Assembly: GCA_964016885.1 (NCBI GenBank)
Contig: OZ024757.1
Location: forward strand, 3,782,001 to 3,846,000
From: Eledone cirrhosa
Taxonomy: Eukaryota
Direction: 5' to 3'
DNA: 64,000 bases
The notes under the pieces are model-generated. The model did no database searches. It was not told the origin of the DNA and saw only the letters and a list, made by a program, of their open reading frames with translations. Numbering within the stretch: the first letter of the stretch is position 1; each line of letters starts with the position of its first letter. This document shows, piece after piece, positions 26,320 to 43,626 of this stretch. A program made the position numbers and the translations under genes.

Positions 26320-26947
26320 GTATATATATTCTGATCGCTCATGAAATTGACCCAGCTTATGCTGACCGGATAACCATGTTGCTTGTTTTTTTTTTCCCAT
26401 CTTCGGTTTGCTTTTATCCTTCTATGTTATTTACTTGTCTCACTCGCTTTACGCGACTCACTTGTCCCAATAGCTTTTTCAGTTATTGCTCGTACCAACC
26501 TGAGGTATATAATTTTTAATGCGATGAAATACCAATGATGGTTGTCAAATCACTGACGAGGGACTAATTTTCTAATATGTAACCCATGTGCAACCACGCA
26601 GTATTCCTCTTTCTTCTCATGTTTATATATATATATATATATATATATTGACAGAGTGACAGAGGTAGTGTTAGTATTTGTGGAAGTACTTATAAGAGGA
26701 ATATAGGAGGTTATTGAGACGCCAGTGCCGAGGTTTTAATCCTGTCAGTCTTGCCTTGACCTTTAAATATATTCCGCCATTTGATGTTCACTGGTATTGC
26801 TCACTGTTTTCTACAGCACTGCTTCTATATATACACATACATACATACATACACATACATACACATATATATATATACAGGTACATACTTATATATATAT
26901 ATATAGAGACACACACACCCACACACACACACACATATATATATATA

Positions 26948-32233
<5,286 letters not shown>

Positions 32234-32296
32234 TCGGAGATAACACTAGACCACCTTGTTGTTTATCCAACTAGACCTTCATTTATCCAACTAGAC

Positions 32297-32763
32297 CAGC
32301 TGTCCCCAACCTTTTATAATAAATTCCACCTTAATGATATAGCAAAACAGTATGGCCCCCCAAAAAAAAAATTTTTGATATAATTCTTTTATGTAGAAAT
32401 AATTTCGGCATGTCTTTTTATTTCAGTCAAAGTAATTTTGTCAATGAGAAATTTACTAAAATAAATAATATATATCCTGTTATAAAAATAACTTTCTTTA
32501 CTAAGTTTATTTACTAAAACATAAATTGTTATATCCAGATTTAAATAATTATCAAGTGAAGTGAAATCATAATTAGAAAAGGTAGAAAGTTGATAAAAAG
32601 TTGAATATAAAAATTTGAAGCAAGAAAAAGAAAAAATTATGTTAGGAAACTACTCTTCTTTTTTATGTATGAAATTTTGTGATTTTTAGTTAATTCCCGT
32701 GGCTCCCCCAATAACTTGCTATGGCCTACTGGTGGGCCATAGCCCTCTGGTTGGGAACAAATG
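32297..32763. mobile_element. hAT (Charlie-like) MITE with 8-bp target-site duplication AACTAGAC
   Basis: TIRs CAGCTGTCCCCAACC and GGTTGGGAACAAATG; AACTAGAC at 32289-32296 and 32764-32771. Confidence 0.85.
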
Positions 32764-33031
32764 AACTAGACTTTCATGAATATATGACTACACCTTAATT
32801 AAAAGACCACACTAACCTACATAAAGTCAATAAACCGCTGTTTGATCTCTTACCTTATACAATTAAAATATTTAAATAATATAGACATTCTAATAAACTC
32901 TCAATATACAATCTGAACTAAATAGCAGACAACTGTGTATATAACACCAATTACTTCAGTATATATTATGCAACTCACTATCCTGTCATAACAAACTTCA
33001 ACTATCTCTACACAATCAGTATGTTTGCATG

Positions 33032-33062
<31 letters not shown>

Positions 33063-34230
33063 ATGTATGTATATATATATGTATATGTAGATGTGTGTAT
33101 GTATACATATGTGTGTGAATGTGTGTATATATATATATATATATATATGTATATGTGTGTAAAAGTGTGTGTGCAGATATGTGCGTGTGTGTATATATAT
33201 ATGTTTATACATTGTCACACATATGTATATGCCTTATATTATACATGCATATACTAACTATGTAAAAACTATCTAGTTATAATAAACTAAATTACCCCCC
33301 CCCCCTACACACACACACACACACACAGAAGTTTAAAAGCTAGCAATTATATAACCAAGAATATTTTATATTATTATATTTTATACACTCTATATAGATT
33401 AATTTATAACACTACCACAATATTATAACAACCCTTAATTTATCAACAACATTAATTACCTCCCTTTTTTATTAACCCCCTTTACAACTTCCTGTGTAAA
33501 CTTATAAAATTAAGTAACCTAACGGTTTACCAACAGCTTAATAACGATTAATACAAACCTTAGAAAAGATAATTTACAGATAAAAAATGCATAAGATAAT
33601 ATACCTACAATAACAACATGGCCAGTAATTCGGAGGAATTTACATTTAACAAACAAACACCTATTGACCATAAACGACTTAAAATAATCCCATGGTTAAT
33701 AGCTGTGAGTAACAAACAACATATACACAAAAATACGAACTACAACACAAAAACACTTAAATGAAAATCACATACCGAACTCTATATAGGGCTTTACATT
33801 ACACCTTACATAAAAAATACATACATTATCACCATATGCCTCTCTAACAAATTGCACACTATCTTAAACATCAATTATAACATGCTTTAACACCCCACAC
33901 CAAATATGTTTATTTCAACTGCATTATAACTCTTTCCTCATACATGCCTTATTGACTGTATTGACTCCTGCATTGTACACAAATTGTCCTTGCTTATAAC
34001 TTCTTTCCCTGTGTTTTTTTGTTTGTGTTTTTTTATTGTGATTTTTTGGCTTGTGCTTTTTACTTTTACTTACACTTCCAACAAGTGCCGCCTGTAATTG
34101 TGTTATTTCAAGCGGAACATCTTTTTAACTCCTGACTTTCCACATGATGCATTTGACACTAATAACAACTATGTACCCTAAATGTTCTAAATGACTAGGA
34201 TTCTAGTTACACGTTTTCGACATTCCTTAT

Positions 34231-34275
34231 GCTCCGATGATTCCAGACTTCCCTCTGGAAGAAACAATTGTCAGC
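34231..34275 (+). ncRNA. hammerhead motif with one core substitution
   Basis: gct CCGATGA ttccaga cttccc tctggaa GAAA caattg TC agc, followed by ~45 nt and a (TA)n tract. Confidence 0.7.
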
Positions 34276-34316
34276 TAATAAATGTTCTAAACTAAAATTT
34301 GATCGTTTTAACACTT

Positions 34317-34364
<48 letters not shown>

Positions 34365-34654
34365 TAAATTCAGCGAGAATCGCATTTCGGCGGGTAGAAA
34401 AAGCGAATATATATATATCTATATTCAAATTTTGAATTCGACCGCAAAAACCGGGGGTTACCTCCCTTCCGAGAAACCACGTGACTACTAGCAGTTTTTA
34501 CTAATAGTTCTTGCAACCGGCGGAGGCAGAACGAAAACTTGTTGACGAAGTAAATTCCACTGTTCTATCTTCCAAAGCCCAATTAACTTGCAGGCCCCTG
34601 CAAATGGATTTTGTTGATTTCGGAATTACAGAAACCTAGTGGAGATGTTATATA

Positions 34655-34748
34655 ATTGTTTCTACTTTTGGCACAAGGCCAGCAATTACTGGTACTTTAT
34701 TTTATCCACCACGTAAGGATGAAAGGCGAAGTTAACCTCAGACCATAA
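34655..34748 (-). mobile_element. partial tRNA-derived SINE
   Basis: TTCTACTTTTGGCACAAGGCCAGCAATTACTGGTAC...AGGATGAAAGGC. Confidence 0.75.
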
Positions 34749-35010
34749 AGATGTTATATAATACTATGTAATATGTCCATGATAGTCCAGGTAACAGTCA
34801 AACTTTTCCCTGAGTCGGTTTTTTTCGTTGTTCTGGTCCTAGCGGCTGGCTTCAATTTGCATAGCTGTCTAATCGTAATGTTATAACTCTAAGGTAAAAT
34901 TCCTTATTGAGTGCTTTTGACTGCACTTCCCGACAGCATTCGTTAACTTGCCCGCAACCAGAGCTTCGATTTCGCTGAATTACCTTCTTGTATATATATA
35001 TATATATATA

Positions 35011-35844
<834 letters not shown>

Positions 35845-35913
35845 CATATATATATATATACATATATATATAGATATACATATATATATGTATATATATA
35901 TATATATTTTTAT

Positions 35914-36108
35914 TTTTTTATTTTATAGAAGGAGCTTCTACAGGACTAGTACTGTTTCATTCAGATGAAATCTTCATGAAGATTTCATCTGAATGAAACA
36001 GTACTAGTCCTGTAGAAGCTCCTTCTATAAAATAAAAAATTTTACTCTGCCATGTATTGAGTGCCTTACTTACTGTGGTTATCCTCGACTCAACCCGGGA
36101 CCTACGTA
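35914..36108. mobile_element. fold-back PLE-end insert K (perfect palindrome 35914-36039, ~69-nt tail)
   Basis: Axis at TTCA|TGAA (35976/35977). An unfolded sibling at 48773-48910 carries CTGATGA tttc tccc gaat GAAA. Confidence 0.8.
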
Positions 36109-36395
36109 TATATATATATATATACTTTGGGAGGGTTATGTTGCCAATAAGAAACACATGCACCAGTTGATTTCACTCCAATTTATTATGAATTAAAAAA
36201 TAAAAAAATAAAAAAATGTTAATTATTAAATTTATAATAAATTAGAGTGAAAGCAACTGTTGCGTGTGTTTCTTATTGGCAACATGACCCTCCCAAAGTA
36301 TAACAATATCGGTTTCAACACGCGTTTTCAGATAAAGAACCTTGCTTAACAAATTCAGAAACGAAATATATATATATATGTATATATATATATAA

Positions 36396-37468
36396 ATGAA
36401 AATAGACCGAGAAACAGGAATATCCATCATCAGTAAGTCTGCTGATTATTATTGGTATTTCTTCGCATTAAAGACTAGATACCTAAAATCAGTGCGAGCG
36501 ATAACTAAATTAAGTTATGGGGACAGAGGGAAGTAACAAACAACATGGTAGTAATGCAACGTAAAGAGATGAAAAGAGAGAGACAAGTCTTGTGGCCTTA
36601 AGTCCGAACGAATCAACTGACGAGAAGAGGCAGACACGTCCGAGCCACGCGAAAAGGTAGAGAGGAAAGAATTTTACGCAGGTCAGACGGGAGGAAGTGA
36701 GAGGGGGGAGTAGTAGAGAGTGAGTGAGTGAAAGTGTGAAGAGGAGGCGAGCCGAGAGAGTGTGACCAGGAGCGGGGGTGGAAGAGAGCAAGCGGTAAAG
36801 GAGAGAGAAGGAGGAGAGAGAAAGAGGATACCAGGAAAGTGACAGAAAAATTACGAACCACAACGAGGGGAAAAATACATATGAATGAAAAATGGCGTGC
36901 TGCGTTGTTGCAATTATGAACATATGAATGAAAATAGACCGAGAAACAGGAATGTCCATCATCAGTAATCTTCTGATATCATTGGTATTTCTACGCATTA
37001 AAGACTAGATACCTAAAATCTCCTTTTCCTCTTGCTTTTTTTCACCCCCGCTGTTGGTCACACTCTCTCGGCTGGCCTCCTCTTCACACTTTCACTCACT
37101 CACTTTCTGCTACTCCCCCTCTCTCACTTCCTCCCGTCTTACCTGCGTGAAATTCTTTCCTCTCTCACTTTTCGCGTGGCTCGGACGTGTCTGCCTCTTC
37201 TCGTCAGTTAATTCGTTCGGACTTAAGCCCACAAGACTTGTCTCTCACTTTTCCTCTCTTTACGTTGCATTACTACCATGTTGTTTGTTACTTCCCTCTG
37301 TCCCCACAACTTAATTTAGTTATCGCTCGCACTGATTTTAGGTATCTAGTCTTTAATGCGAAGAAATACCAATAACATCAGAAGACTACTGATGATGGAT
37401 ATTCCTGTTTCTCGGTCTATTTTCATTCATATATTCATATTTGCAACAACGCAGCACGCCATTTTTCA

Positions 37469-37471
<3 letters not shown>
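36396..37471. mobile_element. partial-tandem plus inverted repeat unit in (TA)n, pseudo-LTR-like and non-coding
   Basis: 36396-36490 repeats at 36927-37020. 37040-37430 is the reverse complement of ~36396-36785. TA flanks on both sides. Confidence 0.65.
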
Positions 37472-37525
<54 letters not shown>

Positions 37526-37526
37526 G

Positions 37527-37569
<43 letters not shown>

Positions 37570-37574
37570 GTATG

Positions 37575-37657
<83 letters not shown>

Positions 37658-38182
37658 ATATAAAATAATAATAAATATATATATATATATTACCAGATTT
37701 ACCCGGCGTTGATCGGGGTTTGAAATTATGCTAAGAATATACAGCTAGGGAGTAAAAGAAGAACACTATTTGTCCCCAACCTGTCAAAATAACCAGAAGT
37801 CTTCAATGCAAACGAATATATAGTGCAATATCTGTACACATAAAACTATGCTGATTTAACTTTGAAAGTGAAACAAAGAATAAACAAGAAACGAACGATA
37901 ATATTAGTGATTTATCTTCAAATGAATGTGATGTTTATAAAAGTTGGTTATCTCCCTTTTTTATAGGGATTGCCAATAAAGTTGGTTATCTTGCTTACAT
38001 CAATTTTGCTATCGATAATTTTGATATCGATTTTTTATTGCTCAACGTGGGTCGATTTGAAAAATGTTTGATGTGACAATCTTAGCGACCTGTGCACAGA
38101 AAATTTGGTCAAATTCAGTTGGTAATTGTAAAAGCCTTAAGTATGCAAAGTTGTACACAGACACACACACACATCATCGCTT

Positions 38183-38213
<31 letters not shown>

Positions 38214-38240
38214 TATATATATAAAAGTTTACATATATAT

Positions 38241-38650
38241 GGTGGCTGCCAACTCGTTTTCGAGTACGGCCACTACTTTATATCCATGTAGGAGAACCTC
38301 TACCGATGCGCTGAACGAGTGTGACTTTTTAGTCCAGCCTGCGACATGAAAACTCTGGTACAAACACTACACTTGTAACAATTATTGACACATAGTGCTG
38401 GGCCCATGGTACCATGTGACGACAAGTGCAGAGAGATATCCAGATATAAAGCAATGCCTGTGCCGTGAAGCTTTTTTAGTGAGCAAAGGCGCTGCACAAA
38501 GCCAGTCCCACTCTCTTAACCAAGATGATATTTACCAAAAAGAAGAACAAGTCAACATCAGTGGATACCATCAGGGCTGCAGGTGTTATATCAGAGTTTT
38601 CCTTCTCCTAGAATTCTGCCTTGACAAAGGCTAAGGGGTCATCTCTCCCG
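38241..38650 (-). mobile_element. 5'-truncated copy of the bipartite RTE-derived element
   Basis: Reverse complement of ~51988-52398; CSVCTRVFMSQAGLKSHTRSAH. Confidence 0.8.
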
Positions 38651-38752
38651 TATACATACACACATACATACATACATACATACATACATACATACATACA
38701 TACATACATACATACATACATACATACATGCATACATGCATACATACATACA

Positions 38753-38784
<32 letters not shown>

Positions 38785-38838
38785 CGTGTTTTGCAACGGG
38801 TCACTTTGTGGCTCAATGAAAATTTAATAAATTAAATA

Positions 38839-39028
38839 ATTGTTTCTACTTTTGGCACGAGGCCAGCAAATACCCCAGCGCATTACTGGTACTTTATTTT
38901 ATCGACCCCGGAAGGATGAAAGGCAAAGTTAACCTCGGCGGGATTTGAACTCAGAATGGCAAGGGCCGTAACTCTATACGTCAAAGCATGGCGTCCGACC
39001 CACTACCGATACTGCCAATACACCGCCC
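38839..39028 (-). mobile_element. tRNA-derived SINE
   Basis: On -, A box TGGCAGTATCGG and B box GAGTTCAAATCC. Confidence 0.88.
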
Positions 39029-39130
39029 AAATTAAATAATCAGAGCTATATATCATAAAACGATTCTTAGCCATTTTGAATGAATTCTTGGCGCGATCAC
39101 TTGGGAAAATTTAGTGTCTAGATCAGAGCA

Positions 39131-39219
39131 AATCTCCTGATGAATCCGATGCTCGAGTTACATAATTATTACATAATTACTGGAAATCTCAAAATGCGGA
39201 CGAAACCATGGTAGGGGTT
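39131..39219 (+). ncRNA. type I hammerhead ribozyme with a long loop II
   Basis: aatctc CTGATGA atccg...cggac GAAA ccatgg TA ggggtt, with palindromic helix III. Confidence 0.75.
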
Positions 39220-39482
39220 TTAATTGTATTCTATTTTCTCCTAGTTTATTTTACACCTAATTCTGTTTAATTGACTGTATCTGGGCGATTACGCTGTCGA
39301 AATATTCTATAAATATTCCGTTGCGGCCGACGCGAAGGGCTAGATTCGATTATTTGTTGGAGCTTTCTTCATAGACGCCTCATTCTTATAGCCTGGTCTA
39401 TTCAATTTTTTATATAGTTAATTACGCTAATTGGGAGAGGAAATGGTATATATTTTATCTTGTGATTCTATAAACATGTTTT

Positions 39483-39513
<31 letters not shown>

Positions 39514-39514
39514 T

Positions 39515-40055
39515 TCGTTACTGAATGTGTTTAGCAAGATTCTTTATCTGAAAACGTGTGTTGAAACCGATATTGTTATACTTTGGGAGGGTCATGTTGC
39601 CAATAAGAAACACACGCACCAGGTGCTTTCACTCCAATTTATTATAAATTTAAAAAATTATAAATTTCCGGTTGGTTGGTTAGTTGGTTCCATAACCGGA
39701 AAGTTGTTCATATATTGTCAAAGTTCTTTCGTCACACATTCTGTTACCTCTTCAGTGACTGGGGATTCTTTTCTTTGTTTTGTGCCTCTCCTTTGTTCTG
39801 TCCTACGCCATCTTGTTTTTGTGTTTTGTTGTGTGCTTAGTTTGCGCATGTGTTACATCCGGGTGTCTGTGTGTTTTTATTTGTGTGACGAAAGAACATT
39901 GACAATATATGAACAACCGTCCGGTTATGGAACCAACCAACCTACCGGAAATTTATAAATTTTTAAATTTATAATTTAATTTATAATAAATTGGAGTGAA
40001 AGCAACTGGTGTGTGTGTTTCTTATTGGCAATATGAACCTCCCAAAGTATAACAA
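39515..40055. mobile_element. fold-back 3' end of the Neptune-like PLE family in (TA)n
   Basis: 39570-39740 is inverted against 39882-40055; homologous to 11990-12265, 36130-36365 and 52565-52778. Confidence 0.8.
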
Positions 40056-40070
40056 TATATATATATATAT

Positions 40071-43065
40071 ATTAAAATAACAGATTAAAGTTTAAGCAAA
40101 GAATCGCTGCTTTCACCCTTAACGGGATCTTCTGAAACTAACAAAGTCAATCTGTGAACGCAGAAGTGAATATTTCAAAAAACGTTGCAACCGGAGGAAG
40201 ACAGGAAGACGATTCTTTGGTTCGTGGTAACGTTCCCTGGCAAAGAACAGGAAAAAACGAATATAATACGTCATTATTTGGAGCGGTGAAAAACAATTAC
40301 ACGCAAAGACAAAACCAAGGTTTATGGTATAAAAGAAGTCGTAGACTAATAATATATTAGGTGGTTCATAGAGACGTTCTCTGGCAATGAACGGAAAAGA
40401 AACGAAGATAATACGCCATATCTGGAGCGAGAGAACAATTGCACGCATAGACAAAACCACGTAAATGGTATAACTGAAGTCGTAGACTAAAATTCTAACT
40501 AGGAAATCGAATAATTCTCGGATTCTGAGTTAAGAATAAAGTAAATAAATTACAGAGGTAAGTGAAATTAAATAAATACATACACGCATCCAAATACGTA
40601 CATACACAAGCATACGCGAAAACACTCGCCATAGGTATACAAATACACGCACGTACACAAAAAAACACACAAAAAAACCGCACGCACATTCAGAACCCAC
40701 GCAACGGCTGTACTCGCACGCATACAAATGTATACACCAAAGACACATAAAAGTATATATATAAAAAAATATATATATATATATGTGTGTGTCTGTGCGT
40801 GTATACATACAATTAAATAAACTTATATAAATAAATACGTATATAACAAGCGCCCACACATACCTACATATCAATACACATATGCTCGGAGACGTACGTC
40901 AATCAAAACGCAAAGTACACATATACAAACACCCTACATACGTACGAACCCGCATACACACACTGACGCAAAACTCTAGTATACACATAACCAAAGCATA
41001 TGTACCAGAATATATAATATATACGCCATAACATATACAATCAAATATACGTACGAGAAAGTATACGTACCAACACAAAACATACAGGTAATATATACTT
41101 ACCTATACAAATAAGTAATGGTATAAACATAACATATACTTAGCTACCACATCAAGACGTAAAATATCCGCGTATAGTTCGTACTATCCGTTAGGGTATA
41201 ATGCGTGGCTGCAATACAGGAATGTTTTGTGCAATTTATGTTTACAAGTCGAAAATGCCTCAAATTTTTTGTTTAAGATGTGGTCTTTGGCGTAGAGTAT
41301 TTCCAGGGCCTCAGCGGCGCGTAGGTCACATGGTCTTTTATTTCCGTTATACGATCTAGCCCGCACCAGGATCTCCCAGTGTAACTTATATTGGGTATGG
41401 TTGTCTTTTAGACTCCAGATATAAGCTGAAATTGACGTCATATTCCTACTTAAAGGGTAACGAAAAGAATGGGTATGCATGTAAAGACGCTGCTTGAATC
41501 TATGGGCGATTAACTCTATGTAGGCCCTACGGGACGTGGGTGTTTCAACCTTACATTTGTAGTCGGGGCAGTCAACCCGATTTCTACAATTACAGTTAGC
41601 ACTAACTACAGGGTTGCACGTGTTCCGACAGCTAGGTAGTTTAGTTAAATTTGAATCTGTGATGTTATGTGCAAGGTTAGGAGTCGTAGAGTAAGAAATT
41701 TTAATAGTATTTCTATTAAAAATGTTTACTATATTTATGGGTAGGGGGAAAATGCTTCGTAATAAGGGAGAGAAAGATCTTAGCTAATGGTGTGGCCACC
41801 TCCATATTATATGGTGGGTTATACCATATAATGCGTCGGGATCTATTTCTTCTAGGTCTATTCTCGTACTCTGTATAAGCTACCTTATCGACAAATCCAC
41901 TCCGAACAAGAGCTTCATTGTAATATGTGGAATGGTCGTTGAAAATATGCTCGTTAGTAGATAGACGGGAAAGACTCAAAGAAACGTTTCTTACCAGGTT
42001 CTTCGTTATGCTGGCAGGATGGTTAGAATGCTTACTTATGTAATTAAGCGTATCATTCGGCTTTCTATACGGGCAATGCAAGCCATTCGATAAATTGAGG
42101 GTAACGTTGAGGTAATTAACGACCGAGAGGTTGGCCTCAACCTGTATGGAGAGGTTGAAGCCTTTAAAGATGGCTGTGAGTTTTTTTCTGAACCTGTCGA
42201 ATGTACGTGGGCCGCACTTTGTTATGGTTAAAAGACCATCATCACGGTACAAACCACCGCCCAAGTTGGGGAATTCTTCCTTGATAGAGAAGAGAAGGAA
42301 AAGGCCTATAAGATCAGTAACCTCCGCAGAATCGCTGGCGCCCATACTCACGTCGAATGGGGTACTATTAGATTTTTTAATCCAAATAGAGTCGTCGAAA
42401 TTAATCACCGATTTACGGGCATTGAGGATGACATCAACTTCGAAATCCTTAACCACTGTGAGTGTTTTAGCGAAATTGATAGCTCTAAGGAGAAGTGGTA
42501 AAGTGATGGAGGAGTAGTAATTATTGATGTCGAATTGGATAAAACGCCAATGTTCCTTGTTGCATATGCCGTTAAGCCAATCAATCACCGCAAAAGAATT
42601 GTTCCCAGTGCAAGGGGGGCGAAACTTCCAATTTCAGGTATAATTCTATCAAGAATCCTTTTACTAAGTCTACCTAAATCCGACTTCGTAGGGTTAATAA
42701 GCCGAATAGAGGGGTTGTTCGGAAAATTGGATTTGTGATCCTTCAGGGTAAAGTGGGGAGAAATAGTGTCCAGAGGTTCAGTCCGGTCCAGGATGTTGAG
42801 ATCGGAGGTGATTTTAAACCCAGCATCGTTGATTTCATTAATGACGCTCCGATTAGTTTTACGGTAATCCTTAGTTACAGCATTATGTAGTAGTTAATGG
42901 TAAGTACTGCGCTCCACTTGATATAGGTTGCCAGTTTTGTTGGAGTGGACGTGCACGGCATTAACATCCTTAATAGAACGAATTCTATTCTTCAGGTCCT
43001 ACTGGAAGGAATTGCTCCTATTCCGAAATTTGATACTCAGTATGAGTTCCAAGACATCATTTTCG
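40071..43065 (-). mobile_element. Penelope-like element, left arm (RT, CxC linker, GIY-YIG-like domain, long 3'UTR), decayed
   Basis: FIQFDINNYYSSI...FDVSMGASDSAEV...GGLYRDDGL...PYRKPND...IIWYNPPY; NCNCRNRVDCP; YIELIAHRFKQRL...CDL...CKH. Confidence 0.93.
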
Positions 43066-43067
43066 AA

Positions 43068-43626
43068 GGATAACCCACCATATAATATGGAGGTGGCTAC
43101 ACCATTAGCTAAGATCTTCCTCTCCCTTATTACGAAGCATTTTCCCCCTACACATAAATATAGTAACATTTTTAATAGAAATACTATTAACATTTCTTAC
43201 TCTACGACTCCTAACCTTGCACATACCATCACAGCTTCAAATTTAGCTAAACTACCTAGCCGTAGGAACACGTGCAACCCTGTAGTTAGTGCGAACTGTA
43301 ATTGTAGGAATCGGGTGGACTTCCCCCTATCCGGGAAATGCCTCTCTAGTAACATTGTCTACAAATGAAAGGTTGAAACACCCACGTCCCGAAAGGCCTA
43401 CATAGGGTTAACCGCCAATAGATACAAGCAGCGTCTTTACATGCATACCCATTCTTTTCGTTACACTTTAAGAAGGAATATGACATCACTTTTAGCTTAT
43501 ATCTGGAGTCTAAAAGACAATCACACCCAATATAAGTTACACTGGGAAATCCTGGCGAGGGCTAGATCGCATAACGGAAATAAAAGACCATGTGACATCT
43601 GTGCCGCTGAGACCCTAGAAATACTC
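43068..43626 (+). mobile_element. internal extra copy of the PLE linker/GIY-YIG segment
   Basis: NPPYNMEVATPLAK...NCNCRNRVDFPLSGKCL...YIGLTA...CDICAAETLEIL, then a jump back into the RT region. Confidence 0.88.

Noticed and set aside
38930-39028. tRNA gene
   Set aside because: The A and B boxes belong to a multi-copy SINE head, and no cloverleaf is evident.
41716-42588. Intact telomerase or host reverse transcriptase gene
   Set aside because: It is frameshifted, linked to a GIY-YIG domain and present in duplicate, so it is a decayed PLE.
43366-43368. In-frame TGA at a Cys position, suggesting a selenocysteine-coding PLE
   Set aside because: Both sibling copies have TGT here, I recognised no SECIS, and the copy has other lesions. 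A point mutation is more likely.
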